Under the pieces are notes generated by a model. That model did not search any database and was not told where the DNA came from. It saw only the letters and a list, made by a program, of their open reading frames with translations. DNA of 64,000 bases, from positions 10,170,001 to 10,234,000 of the forward strand of contig CM075994.1 in NCBI GenBank assembly GCA_038087875.1, in the 5' to 3' direction. This DNA is from Malacoraja senta. Taxonomy: Eukaryota. How positions within the stretch are numbered: position 1 is the first letter of the stretch; every line of letters starts with the position of its first letter. A program made the position numbers and the translations under genes. Positions 1-13,378 of this stretch are shown piece after piece.

Positions 1-400
1 ATACTCGATGATGGAATCGCGTTTAGTGCAAGGTTAAACCAGCAAAGTCCGTTCATAGTTAAAGTGAGAAATGTTGAGGTGGGAGTAGAGATTTAAGAGT
101 GTGGGGCGATTGTAATATGTGATTGTAGATCTGCATCGCACGCAAATAGACGCCTTGGTTGGGCGCCATCTCGGAAGCATTAGCGGCAAGAATGACCTGC
201 AGGGGCTGAGGAAATGCTGCCAATTGGGCTTTCGAATCTGAGTGTTCCGTGTTCGACACTCACTGATTCCACGGTGGCGCAGCGGTAGAGTTGCTGCCTT
301 GCAGCGCTTGCAGCGCCAGAGACCCGGGTTCGATCCCGTCTAGCGTATTTGTACGTTTTTTTACCGAGATGGCGTGGGTTATCTCCGAGATCTTCGGTTT

Positions 401-1420
401 AGATACATAGATACATAGAAAATAGGTGCAGCAGTAGGCCATTCGGCCCTTCGAGCCTGCACCGCCATTCAATATGATCATGGCTGATCATCCAACTCAG
501 TATCCCGTACCTGCCTTCTCTCCATACCCCCTGATCCCTTTAGCCACAAGGGCCACATCTAACTCCCTCTTAAATATAGCCAATGAACTGGCCTCAACTA
601 CCCTCTGTGGCAGAGAGTTCCAGAGATTCACCACTCTCTGTGTGAAAAAGTTTTTCCTCATCTCGGTCTTAAAGGATTTCCCCCTTATCCTTAAGCTGTG
701 ACCCCTTGTCCTGGACTTCCCTAACATCGAGAACAATCTTCCTGCATCTAGCCTGTCCAACCCCATAAGAATTTTGTACGTTTCTATATGATCCCCTCTC
801 AATCTCCTAAATTCTAGCGAGTATAAGCCAAGTCTATCCAGTCTTTCTTCATATGAAAGTCCTGACATCCCAGGAATCAGTCTGGTGAACCTTCTCTGCA
901 CCCCCTCTATGGCTATAATGTCCTTCCTCAGATTTGGAGACCAAAACTGTACGCAATACTCCAGGTGTGGTCTCACCAAGACCCTGTACAACTGCAGTAG
1001 AACCTCCCTGCTCCTATACTCAAATCCTTTTGCTATGAAAGCTAACATACCATTCGCTTTCTTCACTGCCTGCTGCGCCTGCATGCCTACTTTCAATGAC
1101 TGGTGTACCATGACACCCAGGTATCGCTGCATCTCCCCTTTTCCTAATCGGCCACCATTTAGATAATATTCTGCTTTCCTATTTTTGCTACCAAAGTGGA
1201 TAACCTCACATTTATCCACATTATACTGCATCTGCCAAACATTTGCCCACTCACCCAGCCTATCCAAGTCACATTGCATTTTTCTAGCAACCTCCTCACA
1301 GCTAACACTGTCCCCAGCTTAGTATCATCCGCAAACTTGGAGATGTTGCCTTCAATTCCCTCATCCAGTTCATTAATATAAATTGTAAATAGCTGGGGTC
1401 CCAGCACTGAGCCTTGCGGT
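401..1420 (-). mobile_element. CR1 LINE 3' fragment (RT C-terminus + 3'UTR)
   Basis: [30 protein letters not shown] motifs; (TATGTATC)n tail; CGGTTT on both sides; the paralogous SINE at 30408 lacks it. Confidence 0.92.
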
Positions 1421-1519
1421 TTCCTGCCACACTCCATAGATGTACAGCTATGTAGGTTAATTTGCGGGTGTATATGTACAATTGTCCCTAGTGTGTGCAG
1501 GATAGTGTTAATATTCAGT

Positions 1520-1547
1520 CTGACGAAGGGTCTCGACCCGAAACGTC
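1520..1547 (+). ncRNA. Minimal type I hammerhead ribozyme core in a Penelope-type repeat
   Basis: CTGACGA-A-GGGTC-TC-GACCC-GAAAC-GTC; stem I is only about 2 bp, so activity is unproven. Confidence 0.5.
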
Positions 1548-1724
1548 ACCTAATCCATCGCTCCATCGATGCTGCCTCATCCGCCGAGTTTCTCCCGCAC
1601 TTTTGTCTACCGTTAATATGCGGGGATCGCTGATCGCATCGACCAGCGACCCGGACTCGGTGGGCCGAAGGGCCTGTTTTCGCGGTGTAGCTCTAAACTA
1701 AACTAAACTAAACTAAAGTAAACT

Positions 1725-2180
1725 GATTAGCAGACAAATTAAACCTTTGCAAACTGCAATGAATTTTAGAGGGTCACATAATGCCCTTAAAACATACACA
1801 CAAACATAGATTGCCTCGAAGACTGGTGCATGAGAGACAGGTGCACTATTGTGGAATAACATAAGGGCGGAGGGAAGTCTCCGTCCATCCTGATCCCGGG
1901 CTGTGAACGGAGATACGGGCGGCGGGTTCCACTGCCCAACAGGTGCAACGCTTCCTCGGGTGACACCCGAGGCTTCCTTCACGCCGGGCCCCGTCCCTTT
2001 CTGTACTGCCTCAGTCTTTCTCGTCCATATTCAGGCTAGTTTAATGTCCAATCTACCCCTCCCTCGTGTAAGATGAGTGGGAAGCGGCCAGGACATCTTC
2101 ACACTGAACATTGCAGCCAAAGAGCATTAATTGTCCGGGACAGTAGCGGGCGCAGCGACACGGTACTGGTGGGGTTGAGT
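1725..2180 (+). promoter_or_regulatory. Conserved upstream block (putative promoter/5'UTR region) of the TRIM unit
   Basis: Non-TE-looking block with GGGCGG boxes, repeated at ~30845-31290, ~32040-32470 and ~50285-50740, each upstream of a TRIM ATG. Confidence 0.4.
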
Positions 2181-2483
2181 TTAGAGATAGTTTAGAGATA
2201 CAGCGCGCAAACAGGCCCTTCGGCCCACCGGATCCGCGCTGATCAGCGATCCCCGGATATTAACAATATACTACAACAACTAGGGACATTTTTTACAAAT
2301 AACAAGCCATTTTTTAACATTTACCAAAAAACGGAGTGTGGGGGGAAACCGAAGATCTCGGAGAAAACGCACGGGGAGAACGTACATACTCCGTACAGAC
2401 AGCACCCGTAGTCAGGATCGAACCCGGGTCTCTGAGGCGCTACATTCCGTGTAAGGCAGCAACTCTACCGCTGCGCCACCGTG
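2179..2483 (-). mobile_element. V-SINE (HE1-like), antisense, just upstream of TRIM ATG
   Basis: Reverse complement of the SINE head ends at 2483; same-position copies at 32480-32746 and 50745-51049. Confidence 0.8.
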
Positions 2484-2566
2484 ACGGTCACGTGACAGGC
2501 ACGTCGTTCAGCAGCTCCACGTCAATGAAAACATTTTGAACCAGGAAGAGGCGGAGTGGAGTTAAA

Positions 2567-2977
2567 ATGGCTTCGAAAGACCAGGTCGAGAGTTGGACCG
2601 AGGAGGCAGTTTGTCCCATCTGCCTAGATTTCTTCACCGATCCGGTTATACTGGAGTGTGGGCACAACTTCTGCCGCTCCTGCATCACACAGAGTTGGGA
2701 CAGGGAGGCGAGAAACTCTTGCCCAGAATGTAGAGAGCAGTTTACAGAGCGCAGCCTCAGGGTGAATCGGGCCTTGGTTAGACTGTCTGAGAAAGCTCGA
2801 GCACTGACCCTGAATTTCAAAGAGAAGGAAAGTAAACTTCACTGCGAGAAACATCAGGAAGAACTGAAGCTGTTTTGTGAAACTGACAAGAAACTGATCT
2901 GTGTGATTTGTGCAGCTGGGCGGGAACACAAGACTCACAGCTTCATGCTGATAGAAGAAGCAATTGTATTCTACAAG
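2567..2977 (+). CDS. Copy 1 exon 1: RING + B-box2
   Basis: ATG at 2567, 137 codons, AAG|GTAAAA donor. Confidence 0.93.
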
Positions 2978-5900
2978 GTAAAACCAAATCACTTATGATC
3001 ACATCATTGTGTTATCTTTTCTTTATAGTGTGACGTTATTATTCTCTTATCTGAACCCCAAACCCAGGAACAGGTGAAATCTTCTTTCGAATCTCTCACA
3101 GGAAAGAAATCGGAGATCGAGCAAATGGAGCAGAAACAGAAACAGAGCATTTCTGGAGTTCAGGTGAGGCTCTGTACTATCGATTTAATTATTTTGTGTA
3201 GATTTGATCCCTGTGAGGCGTGGGCATCTCTATAGCTCTCAGTAGTCGAGGACCTGAGATCTTCGTAGCGGTTGAGCAGCCAAGGTCTTTACTCACTGGA
3301 GGGCAGGAATCTGAAGAATGATCTATTGCAGAAGTATAATATCATGAAACAAAATGTTAGGGTGAATACTCAGTCTTTTACCCTGAGTAGGGCGTAGAGC
3401 ATGCGAGGGCACAGGTTTAAGGTAGTTGATTCAGGTAGTATAAGAATATTTAAAAGATATTTGAAGAAATTCGTGGAGAGAACATTTTAGAACTATCTGG
3501 GCCAAATGCGGACAGATGGAAATAGCGCAGATGGGGTGTCTTGGTCGGTATCTAATACCCCTTGCTGAATGACTCTATGAAGTCTGTCATTCTCAGTGGT
3601 GCTGCTGTCTGCTGGTTCTGGTGACCTGGTTCTGACCAGTAAGGTTTAATGGACAAAACAAAACGGAATAGGTTGCAGGGAATTATACTTGTGAAATAGG
3701 AATGATGTGCTTGTACATTACTTTCACCAAATATTTCAGAATTATTAACACAAGCTCTTGAATTGCCAAGGTAATGAAAGCTATGGATTAAATACAGGTA
3801 AATGGAATTAGTGCAGATACGTACAGAGCCCAGCATGGGCATGTTGATCCGAAGGGCCTATTTCTGCACCTCAGGACTCGAGATTCAGTAGCCAAATGTT
3901 ATCATCCATGTCATGAGAAAACACAGTAGAGTGACATAATATATTGATTTTAATCTTTCATCTGACAGGAAGCGTCACGCAACCTTCAGTCACAGACCAC
4001 ATCCCAGTTTGCTGAACTGCACCAGATTCTCACTGAGAAAGAGCAGCGCTTACTCAGAGATATCCGGAAGGAGGAGAAGAAGATTGTAAAAAGAATGAAG
4101 AAAAATCTTCAAGGGATTCAAAAGAATTTAAATTCCATTCAGGAGGAACTCTCAAAGTTACAGGAACAGATAGACTTCAAGGACGGCGTGATATTTCTGA
4201 AGGTGAGGGGTTATGCTACAGTTTGTTGAAGTGAAAGTGCACAGTCCCAAAATGGTGGGTTAAATTTCTGAAATAAATGCTACATTTACCAGTAATTCAG
4301 TACTGGGTTAATGTTCCGTCTGTTCCATCTGCTCACCACATCCGACAATAATCCCCAAATTCCAGGAATCCTCATGTATTTATCCCACTTCAACGTAAAT
4401 TTATCTGCAGTATTGTCTTCAGGCCACCCTGTGAGTTCCACATTCTGTTTACTGTATTTCTTGTAAAAGTTATTAAAGGCCATCTTATATTTCAGCTTTG
4501 ATTTTTGGTCTCCCCACAAGTAGTGATATTATTTCCAAACCCTCACCTATTTAACTCCGCCGCTGCTATTAAAATATTCCTTCCCATTATCTCTGACATC
4601 TTCTCCAGGTAAAATCCCACGACCTGCCCTGCATTACACGTAAGTTGCATACTCGCAGTTAATTTTATCGACATTCCTAATGCTTTCCCCCGTGTTTCCC
4701 CCCCCCGATACTTTCAAGAGAGAGCTAGATACGGCTCTTAAAAATAGCGGAGTCATGGGGATATGGGGAGAAGGCAGGAACGGGGTACTGATTGGGGATG
4801 ATCAGCCATGATCACAATGAATGGTGGTGCTGGCTCGAAGGGCCGAATGGCCTACTCCACCTATTGTCTATTTTCTATTGTCTATTGTGTTCGATGTCTC
4901 TACGACAATATCCACTTTCTGTCTGTGTGACAGCGGCAAAGAGTTGGGAAATGGGAATTATCAGATGGTTTATTTGTAGCCATTTGGTGAAATACCCGCC
5001 GTCGGGATCATGACGATCCATCTCAGTCTATTGAGATTTGTGTTTTATTTATTTCAGGAGGAAGCTGTTCGCAAGAGGAGGTAGGACATGCTTTTGACTG
5101 AAACAATATATGTTTTTAGAGTACAGCTCCAAAAACAGCTCATGCTCAGTTTCTAACCAGCTGTTAAATATTTGCAGGGTTGGTGGTGAAACCAAACCAA
5201 TGTTGGTGGTAGATGGCTCGTTTCCCATTGAAAAGTATGATCGCACCTTTTTCTACAACATGGCATTGAGGGAAACATCTGATATCATCAAACGAGGTAA
5301 ACCTGCTACATTTTCCAAGGTTCTTTTTAAAGACTTTATGCTATATTTATATGTGAAGATTAATGTTATTAATGGACCCTGGGAGAGGCATCACAGAGAC
5401 AGAGTGCGAAGTTTGTTTGTACTTGAACAAATCCTTGCTCCTGGGATAATAGGTTTGCTGTGCTGGGTGAAATTGCGTCGACTAGTCCTGTGTAGTCGAG
5501 AGTTCAGGTGTATTATAGGAGATCTCAGTGAAACACAAAGCCCTTATAGGGTTCAGTGGGCTAGATGCAGGGAGGATGTTTTCCCTGCCTGAAGGGTCTG
5601 GAGCCAACAGACACCATCTCAGAATTTGGGCTTGACCTTTTGGGGCAGAGATAAGGAGACATTACTGCACGCAGAGACTGGTCAACCATTGGAATTCCCT
5701 GCACCGGAGTCTATGGCTAATCAGTCATTCGGTGCTCTTGGAGCAAGAGAGCCATGGTTGTACATTACAGTCAGGCCCTTCGGCCCATCGCATCCATGTG
5801 CACCTTTTTTCCCAGCCACACAAATCCCATTTGCACACATTAGAAACGTATTATTCTACACCTCGTTTGCTAAATCGCAATGCCTCTTAAATGTAGTGAT

Positions 5901-8900
5901 TACATCTGATTCCACCACCTCCTCTGGCAAATTATTCCAGGTATTAACAACTATTTGTGTGAAGAAAACTGCGTCCTCCAGTATTGATATGCCTGCATGA
6001 CAATAAGGTTTCGATTGCAAAGGCAAGAAGACACTAATTGATGTTATCTACAGACCCCCAAATAGTAGCCCGGATGTGGGGTGTAAGTTGCAGCAGGAGT
6101 TAAAACTGGCATGTAACAAAGGTAAAGCCACTGTGGTGATGGGGGATTTCAATATGCAGGTAAACTGGGAAAATCAGGTTGATTCAGGACCCCAAGAAAG
6201 AGAGTTTGTAGAATGCCTCCGAGATGGATTCTTAGAGCAGCTTGTAATGGAGCCGTCCAGAGAAAGGGCAATTCTGGATTTAGTGTTGTCCAATGAACCA
6301 GATATGATAAGAGAACTCGTGGTAAAGGAACCGCTTGAAGGTAGTGATCATATGATTAGTTTTAATCTGCAATTTGAGAAGGAGAAGGTTAAATCGGAAG
6401 TGGCAGTGATGCAGTTGAACAAAGGGGACTATGAAGGCATGAGAGGAGAGCTGGCCAAAGTAGACTAGAAAGGGATCCTAGCAGGAAGGACCGTGGAACA
6501 GCAATGGCAGGAATTTCTCGGCATAATCCGGGAGACAAAGGATCATTTCATTCCAAATAGGAAGAAATATTCTAAGGGGAGTAGGGGGCAACCGTGGCTG
6601 ACAAGAGAAGTTAAGGATAGAATAAAACTAAAAGAAAAGATATATAACACAGCAAAGAGTAGCCGGAAGCCAGAGGATTGGGAAACTTTCAGAGGACAAC
6701 AGAAGGAAACAAAACGGGCAATACGGGCTGAAAAGATGAAATAAGAAGGGAAACTGGCCAGGAATATAAAGAAGGACAGTAAAAGCTTATTTAGATATGT
6801 TAAGGGAAAAAGATTAGCAACGTCAAATGTGGGTCTCTTGAAGGCAGACACGGGTGAAATTATTATGGGTAACAAGGAAATGGCAGAAGAATTGAACAGG
6901 TACTTCAGACCTGTCGTCTCTACGGAAGACACAAGCAATCTCCCAGATGTGCTGGAGGACAGAGGATCTAAGGGGGTAGAGGAACTGAAATAAATTTTCA
7001 TTAGGCGAGAAATAGTATTGGGTAGGTTAATGGGACTGAAGGATGATAAATCCCCTGGGCCTGATCGTCTGCATCCCAGGGTCCTCAGGAGGTGGATCTA
7101 GAAATAGTGGACACATTGGTGATTATTTTCCAATGTTCGATCGATTCAGGATCAGTATTGGAGGATAGCTAACGTTATCCCACTTTTCAAGAAAGGAGCG
7201 AGAGAGAAAACGGAGAATTACAGACCAGTTAGCCTGACTTCGGTGGTGGGAAAGATGCTGTAGTCAATTATTAAAGAGGTAATAATGGGGCATTTGGATA
7301 GCAGTGAATGATTAGTCCAAGTCAACATGGATTTAAGAAAGGGAAATTATGCTTGACAAATCTTCTGGAATTTTTTGAGCATGTGACAAGTAAAATGGCT
7401 ATAGGGGTGCCAGTGGATATAGTGTATTTAGACTTTCAGAAAGCCCTTGACAAGGTCCCGCACGGGAGACTGGTGACTAAAATTAGAGCACATGGTATTG
7501 GGGGTAGGGTGTTGATATGGATAGAAAATTGGTTGGCAGACAGGAAGCAAAGAGTAGGAGTGAACGGGGCCATTTCAGAATGGCAGGCAGTGGCGAGTGG
7601 AGTGCTGCAAGGCTCGGTGTTGGGGCCGCAACTGTTTACCATATATATTAATGATTTGGAAGAGGGAATTAGGAGCAACACTAGCAAGTTTGCAGATGAC
7701 ACAAAGCTGGGTGGCAGTGTGAACTGTGAAGAGGATGTTAGGAGGTTGCAGGGTGACCTGGACAGGTTGAGTGGGTGGGCAGATGCGCGCCAGATGCAGT
7801 ATAATATAGATAAATGTGAGGTTATCCACTTTGGCGGATAAAATAAGGAGGCAGATTATTATCTCAATGGGGTTAGGTTAGGCAAGGGGGAGGTGCAGCA
7901 GGACCTGGGCGTCCTTGTACACCGGTCACTGAAAGTTGGCGTGCAGGTCGAGCATGCAGTGAAGAAAGCTATTGGAATGTTGGCCTTCATAACAAGAGGA
8001 TTTCAGTATAGGAGTAGAGAGGTTCTTCTACAGTTGTATCGGGCTCTGGTGAGACCACATCTGGAGTATTGTGTCCAGTTTTGGTCTCCGAATTTGAGGA
8101 AGGACATCCTTGTGATTGAGACAGTGCAGCGTAGGTTCACGATATTGATCCCTGGGATGGCGGGACTGTCATATGAGGAAAGATGGAAAAGACTAGGCTT
8201 GTATTCACTGGAGTTTAGAAGGATGAGGGGAGGTCTTATAGAAACTTATAAAAGGACTGGACAAGCTAGATGCAGGAAAAATGTTCCCAATGTTGGGCGA
8301 GTCCAGAACCAGGGGCCACAATCTTAGAATGAAGGGGAAGCCATTTAAGAATGTGGTGAGAAAACACTTTTTCACCCAGAGAGTTGTGAATTCGTGGAAT
8401 TCCCTGCCACAGAGGGCACTGGATGAATTTAAGAGAGAGTTAGATAGAACTCTAGGGGATAGTGGAATCAAGGGATATGGGGAGAAGGCAGGCATGGGTT
8501 ATTGATTGGGTACGTTCAGCCATGATCACAATGAATGGTGCTGCTGGCTCGAAGGGCCGAATGGCCTCCTCCTGCACCTATTTTCTATGTTTTTATGATC
8601 TAGCCTATATCCTGCTGCAGACTTTGACAGACTACCTTGCTGTCCACAAAATTACCCGTTCTCCACAAACTTAGTAGTCACACCTCCTACATTCACATTC
8701 AAGCTATGAAAACATAAAATAAACATCAAAGGTTGCAGCACCGATATCTGCTGCACACCACCAATCACATAGAAACATAGAAGTTAGGTGCAGGAGTAGG
8801 CCATTCGGCCCTTCGAGCCTGCACCGCCATTCAATATGATCATGGCTGATCATCCAACTCATTATCCTGTACCTGCCTTCTCTCCATACCCCCTGATCCC

Positions 8901-11900
8901 TTTCGCCACAAGGGCCACATCTAACTCCGTCTTAAATATAGCCAATGAACTGGCCTCAACTACCCTCTGTGGCAGAGAATTCCACAGATTCACCACTCCC
9001 TGTGTGAAAAATGTTTTTCTCATCTCGGTCCTAAAGGATTTCCCCTTTATCCTTAAACTGTGACCCCTTGTTCTGGACTTCCCCAACATCGGGAACAATC
9101 TTCCTGCATCTTGCCTGTCCAACCCCTTAAGAATTTTGTAAGTTTCTATAAGATCCCCCTTCAATCTTCTAAATTCTAGCGAGTACAAGCCGAGTCTATC
9201 CAGTCTTTCTTCATATGAAATTCCTGACATCCCAGGAATCAGTCTGGTGAACCTTCTCTGTACTCCCTCTATGGCAAGAATGTCTTTCCTCAGATTTGGA
9301 GACCAAAACTGTACGCAATACACCAGGTGTGGTCTCACCAAGACCCTGTACAACTGCAGTAGAACATCCCTGCTCCTATACTCAAATCCTTTTGCTATGA
9401 ATGCTAACATACCATTCGCTTTCTTCACTGCCTGCTGCACCTGCATGCCTACTTTCAATGACTGGTGTACCATGACACCCAGGTCTCGTTGCATCTCCCC
9501 TTTTCCAAATCGGCCACCATTTAGATAATAGTCTACTTTCCTGTTTTTGCCCCCAAAGTGGATAACGTCACATTTATCCACATTATACTGCATCTGCCAT
9601 GCATTTGCCCACTCATCCAGCCTATCCAAGTCACCTTGCAGTCTCCTAGCATCCTCCTCACAGCTAATACTGCCCCCCAGCTTCGTGTCATCCGCAAACT
9701 TGGAGATGTTGCATTCAAATCCCTCGTCCAAATCATTAATATATATTGTAAATAGCTGGGATCCCAGCACTGAGCCTTGCGGTACCCCACTAGTCACTGC
9801 CTGCCATTCTGAAAAGGACCCATTTCCTCCTACTCTTTGCTTCCTGTTTGCCAGCCAGTTCTCTATCCACATCAATACAGAACCCCCAATACCGTGTGCT
9901 TTGAATGTGTATACTAAACTCTTATCTGGGACCGTGTCGAAAGGCTTCTGAAAGTTCAGATATAACACATCCACTGGTTCTCCCTTATCCACTCTACTAG
10001 TTACATCCTCGAAAAATTCTATAAGTTCGTCAGACATGATTTACCTTTCGTAAATCCATGCTGACTTTGTCCAATGATTTCACCACTTTCCAAATGTGCT
10101 GCTATCCCATCTTTAATAACTGACTCTAGCAGTTTCCCCACTACCGATGTTAGACTAACTGGTCTGTAATTCCCCATTTTCTCTCTCTCTCCCTTTTTAA
10201 AAAGTGGGGTTACGTTAGCTACCCTCCAATCCTCAGGAACTACAGTACTCCAGAATCTAAGGAGCTTTGAAAAATTATCACTAATGCATCCACTATTTCT
10301 GGGGCTACTTCCTTAAGTACTCTGGGATGCAGCCTATCTGGCCCTGGGGATTTATCGGCCGTTAATCCATTTAATTTACCTAACACCACCTCCCGGCTAA
10401 CCTGGATTTCACTCAGTCCCTCCATCTCATTTGACCCGCGGTCCCCTGCTATTTCCGGCTGATTATTTATGTCATCCTTAGTGAAGACAGAGCCAAAGTA
10501 GTTATTCAATTGGTCTGCCATGTCCTTGTTCTCCATGATCAATTCGCCTGTTTCTGACTGCAAGAGACCTACATTTGTTTTAACTAATCTCTTTCTTTTC
10601 ACATATCTATAAAAAATTGTGCAGGCAGTTTTAATGTTCCCTGCCTGTTTTCTTTCATAATCTATTTTCCCTTTCCTAATTAAGCCCTTTGTCCTCCTCG
10701 GCTGGACTCTGAATTTCTCCCAGTCCTCTGGTAGGCTGCTTTTTCTGGCTTATTTGTACGCTTCATCTTTTGTTTTGATACTATCCCTGATTTCCCTTGT
10801 TATCCACGAATGCACTACCTTCCCTGATTTATTCTTTAGCCAAACTGGGATGAACAATTGTTGTAGTTCATCCATGCAGTCTTTAAATGCCTTCCATTGC
10901 ATATCCACCGTCAACCCTTTAAGAATCAATTGCCAGTTAATCTTGGCCAATTCACGTTTCATACCCTAAAAGTTACCTTTATTTAAGTTCAGAACCCTTG
11001 TTTCTGAACTAACAATGTCACTCTCCATCCTAATGAAGAACTCAACCATATTATGGTCACTCTTGACCAAGGGGCCATGCACAACAAGACTGCTAACTAA
11101 CCCTTCCTCATTATTCAAAATCCAGTCTAGAATAGCCTGCTCTCTCGTTGGTTCCTCTACATGTTGGTTTAGAAAACTATCCCGCATACATTCCAAGAAA
11201 TCCTCTTCCTCAGCACCCCAGCCAATTTGGTTCACCCAATCTATATGTAGATTGAAGTCACCCATTATAACTGTTTTACCTTTGTTGCACGCATTTCTAA
11301 TTGCCAGTTTGATGCCATCCCCAACTCCAATACTACTGTTAGGTGACCTGTACGCAACACCATCTAGAGTTTTCTGCCCCTTAGTGTTTCGCAGCTCTAC
11401 CCATATCGATTTGGCATTCTCGAAGCTAATGTCCTTCGTTTCCATTGCGTTAATCTCCTCTCTAACCAGCAATGCTACCCCACCTCCTTTTCCTTTCTGT
11501 CTATCCCTCCTGAATATTGAATATCACTGGATGTTCTGCTCCCAGCCTTGGTCACCCTGGAGCCATGTCTCCGTGATCCCAACTATATCATAATCATTAA
11601 TAGCTATCTGCACATTCAACTCATCCACCTTATTACGAATGCTCCTTGCATTGAGACACAAAGCCTTCAGGCTTGTTTTTACAACGCTCGTACACCTAAT
11701 ACTATTATGTTTAAAAGTGACCCTTTTTGATTTTTGCGCTGGATTTGTCTGCCTGCCACGTTTACTTTTCACCTTTGCTACCCATTGCTTCTACCCTCAT
11801 TTTACACCCCTCTGTCTCTCTGCTCACACATTTAAGAAACCCACCACCTCTTAATCCCTGTGTATTATTTGTTTCTTCTTTCCTCCCTACCTGTTGGGTC

Positions 11901-13205
11901 TGAGTGCTTCCCTTCTCTGCCTCCTGCCTCACACACTGTCTATTAGCTTTCTCTATTTGAGTCACGGACCTTCAAGCAGAACATCCTTCTACCGCTACCT
12001 TTCCCCTCCAACCACCGAGCCAATTTTGGAACCATTTTACCAACTCGTCTTGGATGCCACTTGCCTATGCTTTCTGGACCAGCCTTACATACGGACCATT
12101 GTCAAGTCCCTCAGTGAAGTTCATATTTTGGTTCACAATGAGACCAATGTGTTCTTGGTTGTACAGACACATCAAATCCACCCTCCTCTAAAGAACGCAA
12201 GGAAACTGTGGCAGATTGCCTCGCCCGTCCAGTCCACTCCCGTTCAGAATGATCACAGCAACTTCCCCCCGCATCTCTACATCCTCTTTAACCACCTCTA
12301 ATTACCACTCACATCCATCTCACCTTCCAATCTCCCTCTGCCATCTACTGGCAAGATATTTGAATACCCGCCATAGTTCTCCACCTCCACCCGCAACATC
12401 TCGTTCATCCTCATTTTCCGCATTCGTTTTCCCCGACTGCACGCCTCGCCCTCCGCCGTTCCCGATAACCTGCGGAATTCCCCCTTTCCTGCCCGGTTGA
12501 GAAGCTCCGGGTAAGATGTCTGTTAACCATCCGATGTCGTTGGGGTGAAGGTGTCAGTTGTCCGCCCGCCTGTGCCTGAGGCCGAGCGGCTTCTCCCCCG
12601 GTCCCGGGGCCGCGCTGCCCGAGACTTCCCCCGACCCCCGGGGACTCTCTGATTCTCTGCTTCTCCCCCCAGTCTCCGTCACCCTGGATGTGGAAACAGC
12701 GCATCCGGAGCTCGAGGTGTCTGAGGATCGGAAGAGGGTGAGATGGATCGAGACCCGGAGGAGTCTCCCTGACTCCGGGAAGAGGTTTACATACTGGGAG
12801 TGTGTGCTGGGATCGGAGGGATTCACATCGGGGAGACATTACTGGGAGGTGGAGGTGGCGGGGAGTGAGTGGTGGCGTCTGGGAGTCGCCGCAGAGTCTG
12901 TGGATAGGAATGGAGAGGACGACCTGACCCCGGAGACTGGAGTCTGGATCATCGACCGTGAAGATGACGAGTTTGATGCAGATACCGACCCTCCATCCCC
13001 TCTCCCCGCCCGTCCCATTCCCGGGAGGGTGGGGGTTTATCTCAGTTACGAGTCCGGGAGAGTTTCATTTTACGACGCGGACACCAAGTCCCATCTCCAC
13101 ACCTTCACTGGGAATAAATTCACGGAGAAACTTTATCCTTTGATCGGTAATGCGGATGAAAACCAATGGTTGAGAATCTGCCCCGGTTCCGCTCCGGGTG
13201 TGTAA
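2567..13205 (+). CDS. TRIM E3 ligase copy 1 (RING-Bbox-CC-B30.2, A33/TRIM39-like), intact, 471 aa
   Basis: GT-AG exons 2567-2977, 3068-3163, 3969-4202, 5058-5080, 5178-5296, 12673-13205 sum to 1416 nt in one open frame. Motifs: C3HC4 RING ([21 protein letters not shown]), B-box2 ([18 protein letters not shown]), PRY-SPRY ([25 protein letters not shown]). Confidence 0.92.
4697..4885 (+). mobile_element. Short CR1 3'-end insertion in copy 1 intron 3
   Basis: CR1 3'UTR (GGCTCGAAGGGCCGAATGGCCTACTCC) with (CTATTGT)n tail, GTGTT on both sides; absent from copy 3 at ~34980. Confidence 0.8.
6016..8597 (+). mobile_element. CR1 LINE, 5'-truncated, degenerate ORF2 (APE endonuclease part + RT)
   Basis: VMGDFN, LDLVLSN..SDH, YLDFQKA, QGSVLGP, FADDTKL motifs with stops; in intron 5 of copy 1 only. 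Confidence 0.93.
8769..11959 (-). mobile_element. CR1 LINE, nearly complete ORF2 with stops
   Basis: [15 protein letters not shown] endonuclease start (~11650), IMGDFN, SDH, 391-aa RT ORF 8862-10037, (TATGTTTC)n tail. Confidence 0.94.
12673..13205 (+). CDS. Copy 1 terminal exon: B30.2/PRY-SPRY
   Basis: Polypyrimidine tract + AG at 12671-12672, phase-1 start matching exon 5, TAA at 13203-13205. Confidence 0.93.
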
Positions 13206-13372
13206 AAGGGTCGGGTCCCGGGACCGGCGTCAGGAGCGGGGCTCAGGGGCTGTGGGGCATAAAACCCGGAGGACAACAGGTCGGCGCTGAACGGCTCCCA
13301 TTTAATCCGCGTCGTGAATCCCCAGTGAGCGCGGAAATAGAACCAGGGGGAATGTAAATGTGGGAAGAGTGA

Positions 13373-13378
13373 AATAAA
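13373..13378 (+). terminator. Putative polyadenylation signal of copy 1
   Basis: AATAAA about 170 nt after the stop; conserved at 24209, 37653 and 56599. Confidence 0.6.

Larger units (their letters stand above)
270..1724 (+). mobile_element. tRNA-derived V-SINE (HE1-like), interrupted by CR1 and a Penelope-type fragment
   Basis: Head CACGGTGGCGCAGCGGTAGAG with GGTTCGATCCC B-box, V-domain-like GCGTGGGTT..CGGTTTCCT, tail GGGCCGAAGGGCCTGTTT + (TAAAC)n. Confidence 0.75.

Noticed and set aside
270..345. tRNA-like sequence with A and B boxes
   Set aside because: SINE head followed by V-domain and LINE-like tail; no complete cloverleaf.
2488..2992. Antisense ORFs over the RING exons, repeated in each copy
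   Set aside because: Shadow of the conserved sense codons.
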